Shown one piece after another: positions 52,085-60,287 of a stretch of 64,000 nucleotides of DNA (position 1 is its first letter; each line of letters begins with the position of its first letter). The position numbers and the translations under genes are program-made. The DNA is from Nitrospirota bacterium (GTDB lineage Bacteria; Nitrospirota; UBA9217). The DNA lies in contig CAVVUN010000015.1 in NCBI GenBank assembly GCA_963751455.1, positions 1,659,172 through 1,723,171 of the forward strand. The letters are read 5' to 3'. The notes under the pieces were generated by a model. It was not told where the DNA came from. It did no database searches and saw only the letters and a list, made by a program, of their open reading frames with translations.

Positions 52085-52660
52085 GTGGAAAACGAGGTCT
52101 CGAGTCGCGAGAAAAAAATACTGGACATCCTTAACCAGGAAGTCGAAGACGGCGCAAATCTGGTGGCAGAAGCGCGAAAGATTGTAGAATATCTTCTGCT
52201 CGAAAAAAAGGGCTATTCGCTGGAAGAAATCAGAAAGAATGTCGTGTTTGAGCTGACGCTTAACGCGGAGACATTTCATTCTTCCGTGGATTTCGTTGTT
52301 ACTGTGGAAGGGCGGAAAGCGATGATCATCAAATGCGCGGCAGGAGCTCTTTCGTCCCGGGAGCGCCATGCCGTGGCCGCAGCGAGGCTCCTGGCAAACC
52401 CTGCAATTCCGCTTGCTGTTGTGGCCGATCCCGGCACTGCCGAAGTGATAGATGTCGCTACGGGTAAAGTGGTCGGCGAGGGGTACGGAGCTATCCCCGT
52501 GCGTGATCAGATTGTCGGTGTTTTATCGGAAAAGAACCCTGCGCCGCTATCGCCTGAGCGGATCGAGAAAGAAAAGCGGATACTGCTCGCGTTCGATGCG
52601 ATTGCATGCCGCGTCCCTCAAGGAGGGGAGGGAGGGGTACAGCTGGACGATGAACGCTAG
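52085..52660 (+). CDS. Stand-alone HsdR N-terminal-like domain protein
   Basis: LLEKKGY...VDFVV...IIKC...SRER pattern. Confidence 0.55.
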   Translation: MENEVSSREKKILDILNQEVEDGANLVAEARKIVEYLLLEKKGYSLEEIRKNVVFELTLNAETFHSSVDFVVTVEGRKAMIIKCAAGALSSRERHAVAAARLLANPAIPLAVVADPGTAEVIDVATGKVVGEGYGAIPVRDQIVGVLSEKNPAPLSPERIEKEKRILLAFDAIACRVPQGGEGGVQLDDER

Positions 52661-52693
52661 CAGACGGCTCATTCATCTCTCCGGCCGGTAAGG

Positions 52694-52918
52694 CTAGGCT
52701 TTTGTTACGACCGCGATAATGTCCGTACCTTTTTTCGCAATGTCGCCGACTTTATGTCCGGTCTGATGGCACCATGCTTTGATGTCGAGTTCGAAAGCAG
52801 GATCGTCCGCAGTGATTTCAAATTCATCTCCCGCGTTTGCCTGTTTTATGGCTGAAGCTATTTTAAGGACAGGCATCGGGCATTTCATTCCTCTAAAATT
52901 TAATGCAGTTTTACTCAT
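52694..52918 (-). CDS. TusA family sulfurtransferase
   Basis: RGMKCPMP, ADDPAF..DI.AWC...GH. Confidence 0.9.
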   Translation of the reverse strand: MSKTALNFRGMKCPMPVLKIASAIKQANAGDEFEITADDPAFELDIKAWCHQTGHKVGDIAKKGTDIIAVVTKA

Positions 52919-53039
52919 GATACGGTTTTCCCCCGATAAATATATTAATATTGGTTTAGATTATTCTTAGGCTATATCCCTATCATAGTGAAAACCCATA
53001 TTGACTGCAACATAATTTTGATGCTACAATTCAAATAAC

Positions 53040-53909
53040 TTGAACGTACCAGTAATCCCTCCACAGATGGTTCAAATTACCGAAGAAACCTTTGAGGTAA
53101 TTCTAAAATCTTTCATCTCCACCGAAGAGATCGACCTGCGTGAGGTATCCTTTATCGACCCGTACGGCATGCTGGGACTGCTCGAAATCGGCGAGCTGTG
53201 CATGCTTGAAGACGTCAAAAAGAAGGTGATCCTTCCGAAATCCGTTGACGTGCTCGCGTATCTGGACCGGATGGACTTCTTTACGCAGGCACAACGTTAT
53301 TTTTCCCTTCAAGATTCTACAACGGGTCCTTCAGGAAAACTTCACCGCAACTCAGACTCAGACGTGCTTTTGGAGATAACCCCCATAGAAAAGTCGAACG
53401 ATATTCACTTCATCGTCGGGAAGGTGAGAGACCGCGCTCAGGCTATTCTTGCCGCACATCTCCATTACGACGAGCGGGCAATCAACGGCTTTATCGTAGC
53501 CCTGTCCGAAGTCTGCCAGAACATCATTGAGCACAGCGAGAACAAGGGCTTCGTGGGCATCCAGAAGTACCGGTTCCCGAAACTGAACAAGAACGTCGTG
53601 AAGATTGCGGTCATGGACGTCGGAATCGGCTTCCGAAAGTCGCTTTCAGGCAGGTTTAAACTGCGTAACGATTTGGAAGCCATCGACAAGGCACTTCTCC
53701 ACGGCGCCTCCCGGTATGAAGATGAGGGCAGGGGACATGGTCTGGCCTCGGTCCGGCGTTTCGTTATTCAGTGGAACGGCAAGCTTTCTCTCCGCTCGGG
53801 CACAGCCCGGCTTTCCATCATACCCAAATGGGCGCGCGGTAGGGAACAGGAAAGAAACCTGATTTCTTTTCCCGGAGCGCAGATAAACATACTTCTTCCC
53901 GAAGTGTAG
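53040..53909 (+). CDS. STAS-like plus HATPase_c (anti-sigma/switch kinase-like) protein
   Basis: IDLREVSFIDP; SEVCQNIIEHS, DVGIG and GRGHGL. Confidence 0.7.
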   Translation: MNVPVIPPQMVQITEETFEVILKSFISTEEIDLREVSFIDPYGMLGLLEIGELCMLEDVKKKVILPKSVDVLAYLDRMDFFTQAQRYFSLQDSTTGPSGKLHRNSDSDVLLEITPIEKSNDIHFIVGKVRDRAQAILAAHLHYDERAINGFIVALSEVCQNIIEHSENKGFVGIQKYRFPKLNKNVVKIAVMDVGIGFRKSLSGRFKLRNDLEAIDKALLHGASRYEDEGRGHGLASVRRFVIQWNGKLSLRSGTARLSIIPKWARGREQERNLISFPGAQINILLPEV

Positions 53910-53980
53910 CTTCGTTGTCGGTTTTTCACGGCAGATAATAATTATGAGGTGTGATGTCACAGAGAAAATGAGGGTGACCG

Positions 53981-54507
53981 ATGGACAAAGAATTCGTAGA
54001 AAAGCTGGACGCCGTCAGCGTTTGGACGAAAAAAAAAGACAAAAGCGATTTGTCCGAGCATACAATCTCGTTTCACGAGGGGGAAGATGGCCTCGTCATG
54101 GTGAGCGCATCGAAGGGAAGCTTCGAGTTCCGGCTGAGGCCGCTGCAGGAGCTTTTCTCTTCAACAAAAGCTGATACCGGGTCCATGAAAACGGACGATC
54201 CCGCGGCCTTGCAGCTCCTGCATGCAATCGAGGGAGAGATCAAACGCCGGTATATGAAGAACCCGGAACTTACCGACTCTTCGGTGTTGCTTGCTCTGGA
54301 CACTTTGGCCATGAAACCGGAAGCCGTATCAAGGGACGTGCTTGCTAAAGCGATACAGAACAGCTTGCGGCTCCTTCTAAGCACGGATGATTATTCCCGC
54401 GATGAGGTGAAATGGGCGATCCGTAAAATTCTGGCTTCCGTGAAACGGCATAAAGCCGCCGGCGGGATCCGGGATATCTGGATTTCATCATGGAATATGT
54501 TCCATGA
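53981..54507 (+). CDS. Hypothetical protein (probable 1-bp deletion near 54472)
   Basis: Plausible ORF with RBS; natural-looking end RGYLDFIMEYVP* lies in another frame. Confidence 0.55.
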
Positions 54508-54513
54508 GCTTAA

Positions 54514-54636
54514 CAGGCTGTTGAAAAAGTCATTTGAGTGGTTCGACAGGCTCACCACGAACGGATAAAAGCGAAGGATTTTCTCCGTTCGCCCTGAGCC
54601 TGTCGAAGGGTGAGCGGAGGGTTTTTCAACAGCCTG
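54514..54636. mobile_element. 123-bp MITE with TTAA duplication and nested REP-like doublet
   Basis: TTAA-CAGGCTGTTGAAAAA...TTTTTCAACAGCCTG-TTAA. Confidence 0.85.
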
Positions 54637-54661
54637 TTAATAATGTCGGAGGTGCAAGGTG

Positions 54662-55531
54662 ATGGAAGACCGTGCCCTGGAACCGGCCGATGCTTGTCAA
54701 TTGGACCTTTTCGGCTTAGACCGAATGAAACTCGGCGAAGGATACGCCGCGTTGTCGGCGCTCGATCTGGACAGGGCCGCTTCGATCTTCAACAGTCTAA
54801 CTCTGGACAAGCCGGACTTCGGCGATGCCAGGGAAGGCTTCGTCATGGCTGCGGCGTGGAGCGATATCCTTTGGGAAATGGAGACTCGCGGTCCGCAGGA
54901 TTCAGCGGTTTTTCTGTGGGAGAAAATCCAATCCTACGACTTCGGTCAATGGGGCAATGGGCTCCGAAAGGGCCTCATCAAACGATTGATCGACCTGATC
55001 GGGAACGACGATGGGTTCTACGTTCTCCCGGACCTGTGTCTTGGGTTTCTTCATGCCGAGCTTGCCGAATATGAGCGGGCGGAAGATGCGTTCCGACGTC
55101 TGCTGGAGCGTCATCCCGATGACGTGAGGATTATGTGTCGTCTCGGCAATAGCCTTTTCTTTCAGAAAAAGCTGTCCCAGGCAAGGCATCTCTATGCGCA
55201 GGCGCTTCTCGCGGCGCCCGCAGACGTGGATTTCTGCGCGGTGGAAGACCCGGAGGTCAGAGGTCTCGTGAAGGAATGCGGACCAATTATGGCCCCCGTA
55301 TACGCATGGCTTCGGGATATTTTGCCGCTGGTGGACGTGGCGGACATCAGTTCTGACGATCTCGATCATGAGAAAGCATTGAAGATTTATCATATCATTA
55401 CCCTTGCAGAGGAAGCGCGCGGGAAAGGGAACCACCAAGTGATGGTGGAGCAGCGAAGGATTCTGAAGAAGACCGACCCGGAAGTTCTCGAAGAATACCT
55501 GGTGAAGCTCCGAATGGGAGCGGTGAAGTGA
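54662..55531 (+). CDS. TPR-repeat protein
   Basis: LGFLHAELAEYERAEDAFRRLLERHP / LGNSLFFQ...A..LYAQAL. Confidence 0.65.
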   Translation: MEDRALEPADACQLDLFGLDRMKLGEGYAALSALDLDRAASIFNSLTLDKPDFGDAREGFVMAAAWSDILWEMETRGPQDSAVFLWEKIQSYDFGQWGNGLRKGLIKRLIDLIGNDDGFYVLPDLCLGFLHAELAEYERAEDAFRRLLERHPDDVRIMCRLGNSLFFQKKLSQARHLYAQALLAAPADVDFCAVEDPEVRGLVKECGPIMAPVYAWLRDILPLVDVADISSDDLDHEKALKIYHIITLAEEARGKGNHQVMVEQRRILKKTDPEVLEEYLVKLRMGAVK

Positions 55532-56119
55532 AGCAAAACCCGAATCAAAAGCGTCTCGCGCAAAGTCGCAGTGCCCCGCAAAGGAAAATAAGCTATGATC
55601 CGCTTGTCACCTCTCCCTTGATGGGAGAGGCTGGGTGAGGATGCGGTTTTCCTACTTCCTAACCCGGACAAGCCGGAACCAAAACCGTTGAACCGCCAGG
55701 GCGCAATGGTCGCGAGGAAGACTCAAACCAAATACTGGATTTTTAATATCAAAAACGTTTTCTGGTTTCCTCGCGTCCCTCGCGTCTTCGCGGTAAATAT
55801 TTTCTTGCCTTTTTGAGAAGATTTCCACTCGTAACTGACTAACTTCGTCATTTTCCGAATGATTCTAAAGCCTGCCCCGGTATGCCTGAAGCCGGGGGGA
55901 ATCCAGCCGATTTTTAAATAAAAATTTACACTTGACAAATCTTTTGATTTATGGTTCAATTGATTCAATTGAATGCCGGAGGGGCAAATGCCGGCTGATA
56001 AATAAGCAACCCGTGCGCCAATAAGATAAATGAAATTAAACGCATGCTAATTTTACCATAAAAAATGCTGGTATTTTTTACCTCCATTTGTTATATTTAC
56101 CGGGTAAAAGGAGGTAATA

Positions 56120-56371
56120 ATGGGTAAAAAAGCGACTTTTGTCTTGGATAACCAGCTATTTGCACAGGCTAAGGAGTTGGTTGAAAAGGGGCTGTTTAAG
56201 TCAATGAATGCTTTCGTCGAATCGGCAGTCAAAGACGAGATAGAAAAGATCCGCAGAGAGCGAATCAAGGAAGCGATCGTTCAGGCAAGCAAGGACCCGC
56301 TTTTTCTTTCGGACATCGAAGAGATCGAACGTGATTTCGAGTTTGTGGATTTTGACGAGGAACGGAAATGA
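56120..56371 (+). CDS. Probable antitoxin (RHH-like)
   Basis: Small gene overlapping the toxin start (ATGA); acidic C-terminus. Confidence 0.7.
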   Translation: MGKKATFVLDNQLFAQAKELVEKGLFKSMNAFVESAVKDEIEKIRRERIKEAIVQASKDPLFLSDIEEIERDFEFVDFDEERK

Positions 56372-56712
56372 ATTATAAATGGGGCATTTTTATAGCGGAC
56401 CTGAATCCCGTTCAGGGCTCGGAGCAGCAGGGGAAGCGACCCGTCCTCGTGATCAGCGATGAAAACTTCAACAAACTTATGCCGGTCGTTACTATCCTTC
56501 CTATGACCTCGTTGAAAAAAGGCAGGAAGGTCTACCCCAATGAAGCGCTTCTGATAAGGGGAACGGCAAATCTTTCCCATGATTCACTTGTCCTTGCGCA
56601 TCAGATAAGGACTATCTCGAAACAGAGACTGAAGGATACGCTCGGATCTATCAGTGATCACGGCGCCCAGGAAATGATAAACGGCGCAATCAGGGTCCAT
56701 CTGAATTTGTGA
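56368..56712 (+). CDS. PemK/MazF family toxin
   Basis: ADLNPVQGSEQQGKRPVLVIS...P.TS...QIRTISKQRL. Confidence 0.92.
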   Translation: MNYKWGIFIADLNPVQGSEQQGKRPVLVISDENFNKLMPVVTILPMTSLKKGRKVYPNEALLIRGTANLSHDSLVLAHQIRTISKQRLKDTLGSISDHGAQEMINGAIRVHLNL

Positions 56713-56760
56713 GAGAACGAACAGTGAGAAAAACGTTCTCCGTGACGGGAAAGGATCAGT

Positions 56761-56985
56761 ATGCTATACGATCCGGACAAAGAAGCCCTGCTGAACGAGT
56801 TCCAGGACAGGGTCAAAAAGTTCGAGCAGTACCACGCCGACCCGGAACAGTTCATTAAGATCTTCACCGACCTAGGGTTCAGCTACGTCGACGACGGATG
56901 CGACGGGGGCTGTCCGGAGTGCGAGAATAAAATGACGTGCGAGGTCTATCCGGAGTTGAAGGAAGGGTGGGAAAGAGTCATATAG
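56761..56985 (+). CDS. Small hypothetical protein with four Cys
   Basis: AAGGA RBS; CDGGCPEC....TCEVY. Confidence 0.5.
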   Translation: MLYDPDKEALLNEFQDRVKKFEQYHADPEQFIKIFTDLGFSYVDDGCDGGCPECENKMTCEVYPELKEGWERVI

Positions 56986-56989
56986 CGAA

Positions 56990-57230
56990 AAATTTACCTG
57001 ATCCGTGGGCAGAAGGTTATGCTCGACAGCGATCTTGCAGAGCCTTATGACGTTTCGACCAAGGTCCTTATGCAGGCGAGCATTCTCAATAGTCAGAGGG
57101 CAATCGAGATCAGCATTTATGTTGTCCGGGTTTTTGTGAAGCTGCGGGAAATGATCGCGTCCCACAAGGATCTGACGAAAAGGCTCGACGAACTGGAGAT
57201 GAAATACGACGCTCAGTTCAGAGTGGTTTA
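56990..57230 (+). pseudogene. ORF6N-domain gene relic
   Basis: IRGQKVMLDSDLA..Y.V.TK fused to SILNSQRAIE.SIYVVRVFVKLRE...KYDAQF; centre deleted, end replaced by TATCCCGTTAGAGAT. Confidence 0.75.
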
Positions 57231-57333
57231 TCCCGTTAGAGATTATCGGCTATGTACTATACATATATAATGCAAAGTGTAAGGGACAATAAGGCGCTTA
57301 CGCCCATAACATCGACAATCTTTTGTCGATGTT

Positions 57334-57397
57334 TGTAGGGCAACCCTTCAGGGTTGCGGCTTCCCGGTGATCAGCAAGGCTAAAGCCTCGCCCTACA
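57334..57397. repeat. GTAG-class REP doublet
   Basis: TGTAGGGCAACCCTTCAGGGTTGC...GCAAGGCTAAAGCCTCGCCCTACA. Confidence 0.8.
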
Positions 57398-57738
57398 AAA
57401 GCGATAAATTCAAACTGCCCGAAGGGCCATGTCTGCCGGGCGAAGTCCCGGCCGACACGTAGTAACTAAGGAGTCAAAATCTTCTCAAAACGGGAAGAAT
57501 ATTTACCGCGATACCCTGCACGCGCGCTATGTAAAGCGTAGACCCTTTGTTGACCATCGCACTGAGAAACGTGCGACGGGAATCAAGGACCTCATAAACG
57601 CTGGGCACGAGAGACGCGAGGGACGCAAGGAAATCATGCAACATCTTTTCAGGTTTTAAAACCCTGTTGTTGGCTTTGCTTTCCTCGCGACCATTGCGCC
57701 TTTGCGGTTCAAGGTTTTACTTCCGGCTTGTCCGGGTT

Positions 57739-57840
57739 AGGAACTGGCTGCGAAACAGGAATACAATTGAATTCCTGAGCGTTTGGGAGCAGTTGTACAA
57801 CCCTGCTTTTAAACCCGTCGAATTCGACGGGTTTAAAAAA
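57739..57840 (+). pseudogene. KilA-N-domain gene fragment
   Basis: RNWLRNRNTIEFLSVWEQLYNPAFKPVEFDGFK. Confidence 0.65.
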
Positions 57841-57883
57841 CGCATCCCGGGGTATCGGTAGGAACGGGGAGCAGATGAGGCCA

Positions 57884-58234
57884 ATGAAAACACGGCTGAT
57901 ACTCAAACCCGGGCAGCGGGGAACCAAGAGTCTGGTCAAAAAGTACGGAGACGCGCTGCTGTGTGTCCGATTCCGTTATGATGCGCCGCTTCGGCAGCGG
58001 CTTAAGACGATAGAACTGATCGTCGAGCGAACGGAATGGGCGCCTCCGCCTCCGCAGTATGCCGCTGATGTGCTTGTGCCCTTGCGAATCGAGGCGACCG
58101 ATATGCGAGCTCGTTCACTGGCTAAAGCCGCAGGCGGCAGGTGGAACCCGGAGAAGCATCTGTGGTTTGTGAAGTATGGCAAAATAGCGGGTACGCCGCT
58201 TGAAAAGCATATACATATAGATGCTTCTGGATAA
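57884..58234 (+). CDS. Hypothetical protein preceding an attI-like site
   Basis: LKPGQRGTK...YGDALLCVRFRYD...KTIELIV...KAAGGRWNP. Confidence 0.7.
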   Translation: MKTRLILKPGQRGTKSLVKKYGDALLCVRFRYDAPLRQRLKTIELIVERTEWAPPPPQYAADVLVPLRIEATDMRARSLAKAAGGRWNPEKHLWFVKYGKIAGTPLEKHIHIDASG

Positions 58235-58294
58235 GAGCGAAAGTCTAAAAAGCATATACCCGTAGATGCAGTCAATGCATATATATGTAGATGC
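58207..58294. repeat. Three 18-bp quasi-palindromes GCATATAY-NN-RTAGATGC
   Basis: 58207-58224, 58252-58269 and 58277-58294. Confidence 0.85.
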
Positions 58295-58735
58295 TGATTT
58301 CCTTAGTGTCAATAACTGGTTGGAATTTACCAACCAGCAGTTCGAGCCATCAAGGTGGCTCAACATATTAAAGTCAAAGAACTCGCAGGGGTTGAAGCCT
58401 ACAGCCTTCCCCTGCGATAGGGCGGTAGCACGCCCTGGTCGGTGCTGCTATGCACTGGCTAAAGGGCAGAACGCTTGAAGGCCCGTAAATATATTGGCCC
58501 CTGAACCCCAACACCCTAAGGAGCGCAGAAATTCATTTCGGGTATCGCTCACCCGCAAGGGCTTGGGATCGTTCAGGGCACCGATATATTTAAGGACAAC
58601 CTTCATACCAATCTGTCCGCCGCCCCCAAGATGTCGGCCGCATCAGCGGGGGATAGCGCCAGCAAGGGCGCGATACAAATACTAGTGGGATAAACGTCCC
58701 ACGGCGCCGTGGGGCTTAATCCTGGGAGAAATCCA

Positions 58736-58825
58736 ATGATTGAGCTTCACGTGACAGTAGGGCTTAAAGTAGATCGGGATACGATTCTCAAGATCGTTCT
58801 CATTCTGCTAGCTCTTCTGTCGTAA
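58736..58825 (+). CDS. 29-aa hydrophobic peptide
   Basis: GGAGAAATCCAATG start context identical to that of the next gene; followed by a terminator-like hairpin. Confidence 0.5.
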   Translation: MIELHVTVGLKVDRDTILKIVLILLALLS

Positions 58826-58829
58826 CACC

Positions 58830-58864
58830 GGAGGCTGGTGTTATGCACCGGCCTCCACCTTTTT
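58830..58864 (+). terminator. Intrinsic terminator-like hairpin
   Basis: GGAGGCTGGTG-TTATG-CACCGGCCTCC then ACCTTTTT. Confidence 0.6.
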
Positions 58865-58903
58865 GCTTTTCACGTGTTGCCATATTTACGAAGGAGAAAT
58901 CCA

Positions 58904-59092
58904 ATGTCGCTATACTTCCAGTGTTTTGAGTGCAATAAAATAACCGAAGTAACACAGGAGACTGATACTTGCCCTCGCTCTAGCTGCAAGTCTACAAAAG
59001 GCCGCATGATGCCCGATGAAGAATTTAATAGACAATATTCCAAAGGTGTCATCAAATTAATCGACCCTAGCACTGGCAAACCGATGAAGTAA
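58904..59092 (+). CDS. 62-aa zinc-ribbon-like cassette protein
   Basis: AAGGAG RBS; CFEC...CPRSSC; stop codon abuts attC. Confidence 0.65.
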   Translation: MSLYFQCFECNKITEVTQETDTCPRSSCKSTKGRMMPDEEFNRQYSKGVIKLIDPSTGKPMK

Positions 59093-59149
59093 TCCAACCA
59101 GAAGATCGACACCATCGGGCTACGCCCGTGGGTCATCTTCGCGTTAAAT
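59092..59149 (+). mobile_element. Integron attC site
   Basis: R'' ATCCAAC, L'' AGATCGAC versus L' GTCATCT with one extrahelical base, central hairpin, R' GTTAAAT. Confidence 0.8.
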
Positions 59150-59208
59150 AAACAATAAAGGCGGGTACGATAGTTGGTGGGACCTGAGCCCGGTAAACGA
59201 AGGTATTG

Positions 59209-59484
59209 ATGCCAAAACAAAAACGAAAACTTACCCCGGCCGAAAAAGCCGCGAAACGGCAAAGGAAGAAGCAATTTATGTTCATCTTCATCAATGGAAA
59301 ACAAAAGCGCGTTAAGCGCCCGCCGACGATTAACGGGATGGATGTTGACGAGTTCATCAGAAGGAATGCGGACCCCATCTGGCTGCATCAGAATGAAATG
59401 TGGGAATATATGGACGAATTCCAAAGCAACCGGGCTTCGGAAGTCGCAGGGAAAGAACGGGATGACATGGATATCCCGTTTTAG
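59209..59484 (+). CDS. Basic hypothetical protein, probable next cassette gene
   Basis: Follows attC; FINGKQKRVKRPPTINGMDVDEFI..NADPIWLHQNEMWE. Confidence 0.65.
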   Translation: MPKQKRKLTPAEKAAKRQRKKQFMFIFINGKQKRVKRPPTINGMDVDEFIRRNADPIWLHQNEMWEYMDEFQSNRASEVAGKERDDMDIPF

Positions 59485-59530
59485 CGGAAATGTCAGGCAG
59501 GATCTATTGACTGCAGTCGGAGGCGGCGAT

Positions 59531-59720
59531 ATGACATCTGATAAGCTGAAATTCGAGTCGCTCGATCAAATGGCCGGAGCCACGGCAGCAGGGCTGGCCC
59601 AGGCGGCTGCTCATTCAGCGTTTGAGTTGTTCAACGACAAGGAATTCCGGAGATTGGCGAGTTTTAATGCGCTGAGCCGGGTTGAACAAGACAGGATTTT
59701 CAATGAACTGCTTGTTTCCA
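59531..59720 (+). pseudogene. Truncated hypothetical gene
   Basis: GGAGG RBS, MTSDKLKFESLDQMA...; loses coherence just before the GxxExxY element. Confidence 0.4.
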
Positions 59721-59766
59721 ACCCCGGAAGGGTAAGCGGAAGTAAAGCGGATCGGAGGAACCGCGA

Positions 59767-60248
59767 ATGAACGCTAATAAACGCCAATGTAAAGAAGATT
59801 TAATTTACAAAGATGAGGTCTATCGTATAGTTGGCGCGGCTATGAATGTTTCCAATAATCTCGGGTGCGGTTTTCTTGAAGCGGTTTATCAAGAAGTACT
59901 GGTGTTATATCTCAGTAATGGCTGGTATTATTTACACTTTATGGATCGAGCCATCCGTGATGGCGTGCCCCTCAAACGGCAACGCGGTTGCCTTGGTCCA
60001 TAATAAAACAAAAGCGCATAACTATTACATATAAAGATAGAACATTGAATAAAGAGTATATTGCCGATTTCCTTTGTTTTGAAAAAATCATCGTTGAAAT
60101 CAAGGCGATTAAGAATATTACCGAAGTCGAGGAGGCCCAGGTAATTAATTATCTGAAAGCGACAAAGCTGCCCTTGGGGCTGATTATCAACTTTGGCGGT
60201 AAAAAAATGGAGTGGAAGCGATATGCCAACACAAAACATATTCATTAG
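59767..60248 (+). pseudogene. GxxExxY gene interrupted by a miniature RAYT-end doublet
   Basis: LGCGFLEAVYQE in ORF 59767; ADFLCFEKIIVEIKA...QVINYLKAT...GLIINFG in ORF 59988. Confidence 0.85.
59942..60000 (+). mobile_element. 59-bp miniature RAYT-end doublet, variant stem
   Basis: TGGATCGAGCCATCCGTGATGGCGT...ACGGCAACGCGGTTGCCTTGGTCCA. Confidence 0.85.
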
Positions 60249-60287
60249 CGTGCATTGGCGTTTATTCGCGGTTCATCGATAGAAGAG

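Noticed and set aside
52085-52660. Type I restriction-modification system
   Set aside because: Only a short HsdR-N-like domain; no hsdM, hsdS or helicase motifs nearby.
56990-57840. Prophage (ORF6N and KilA-N domains)
   Set aside because: Both are short relics, and there are no phage structural, replication or integrase genes.
58464-58618. Assignment of the long hairpin to 6S RNA, SRP RNA or a retron
   Set aside because: No SRP GGAA domain motif, no large 6S-type central bubble evident, and no reverse transcriptase; left unassigned.
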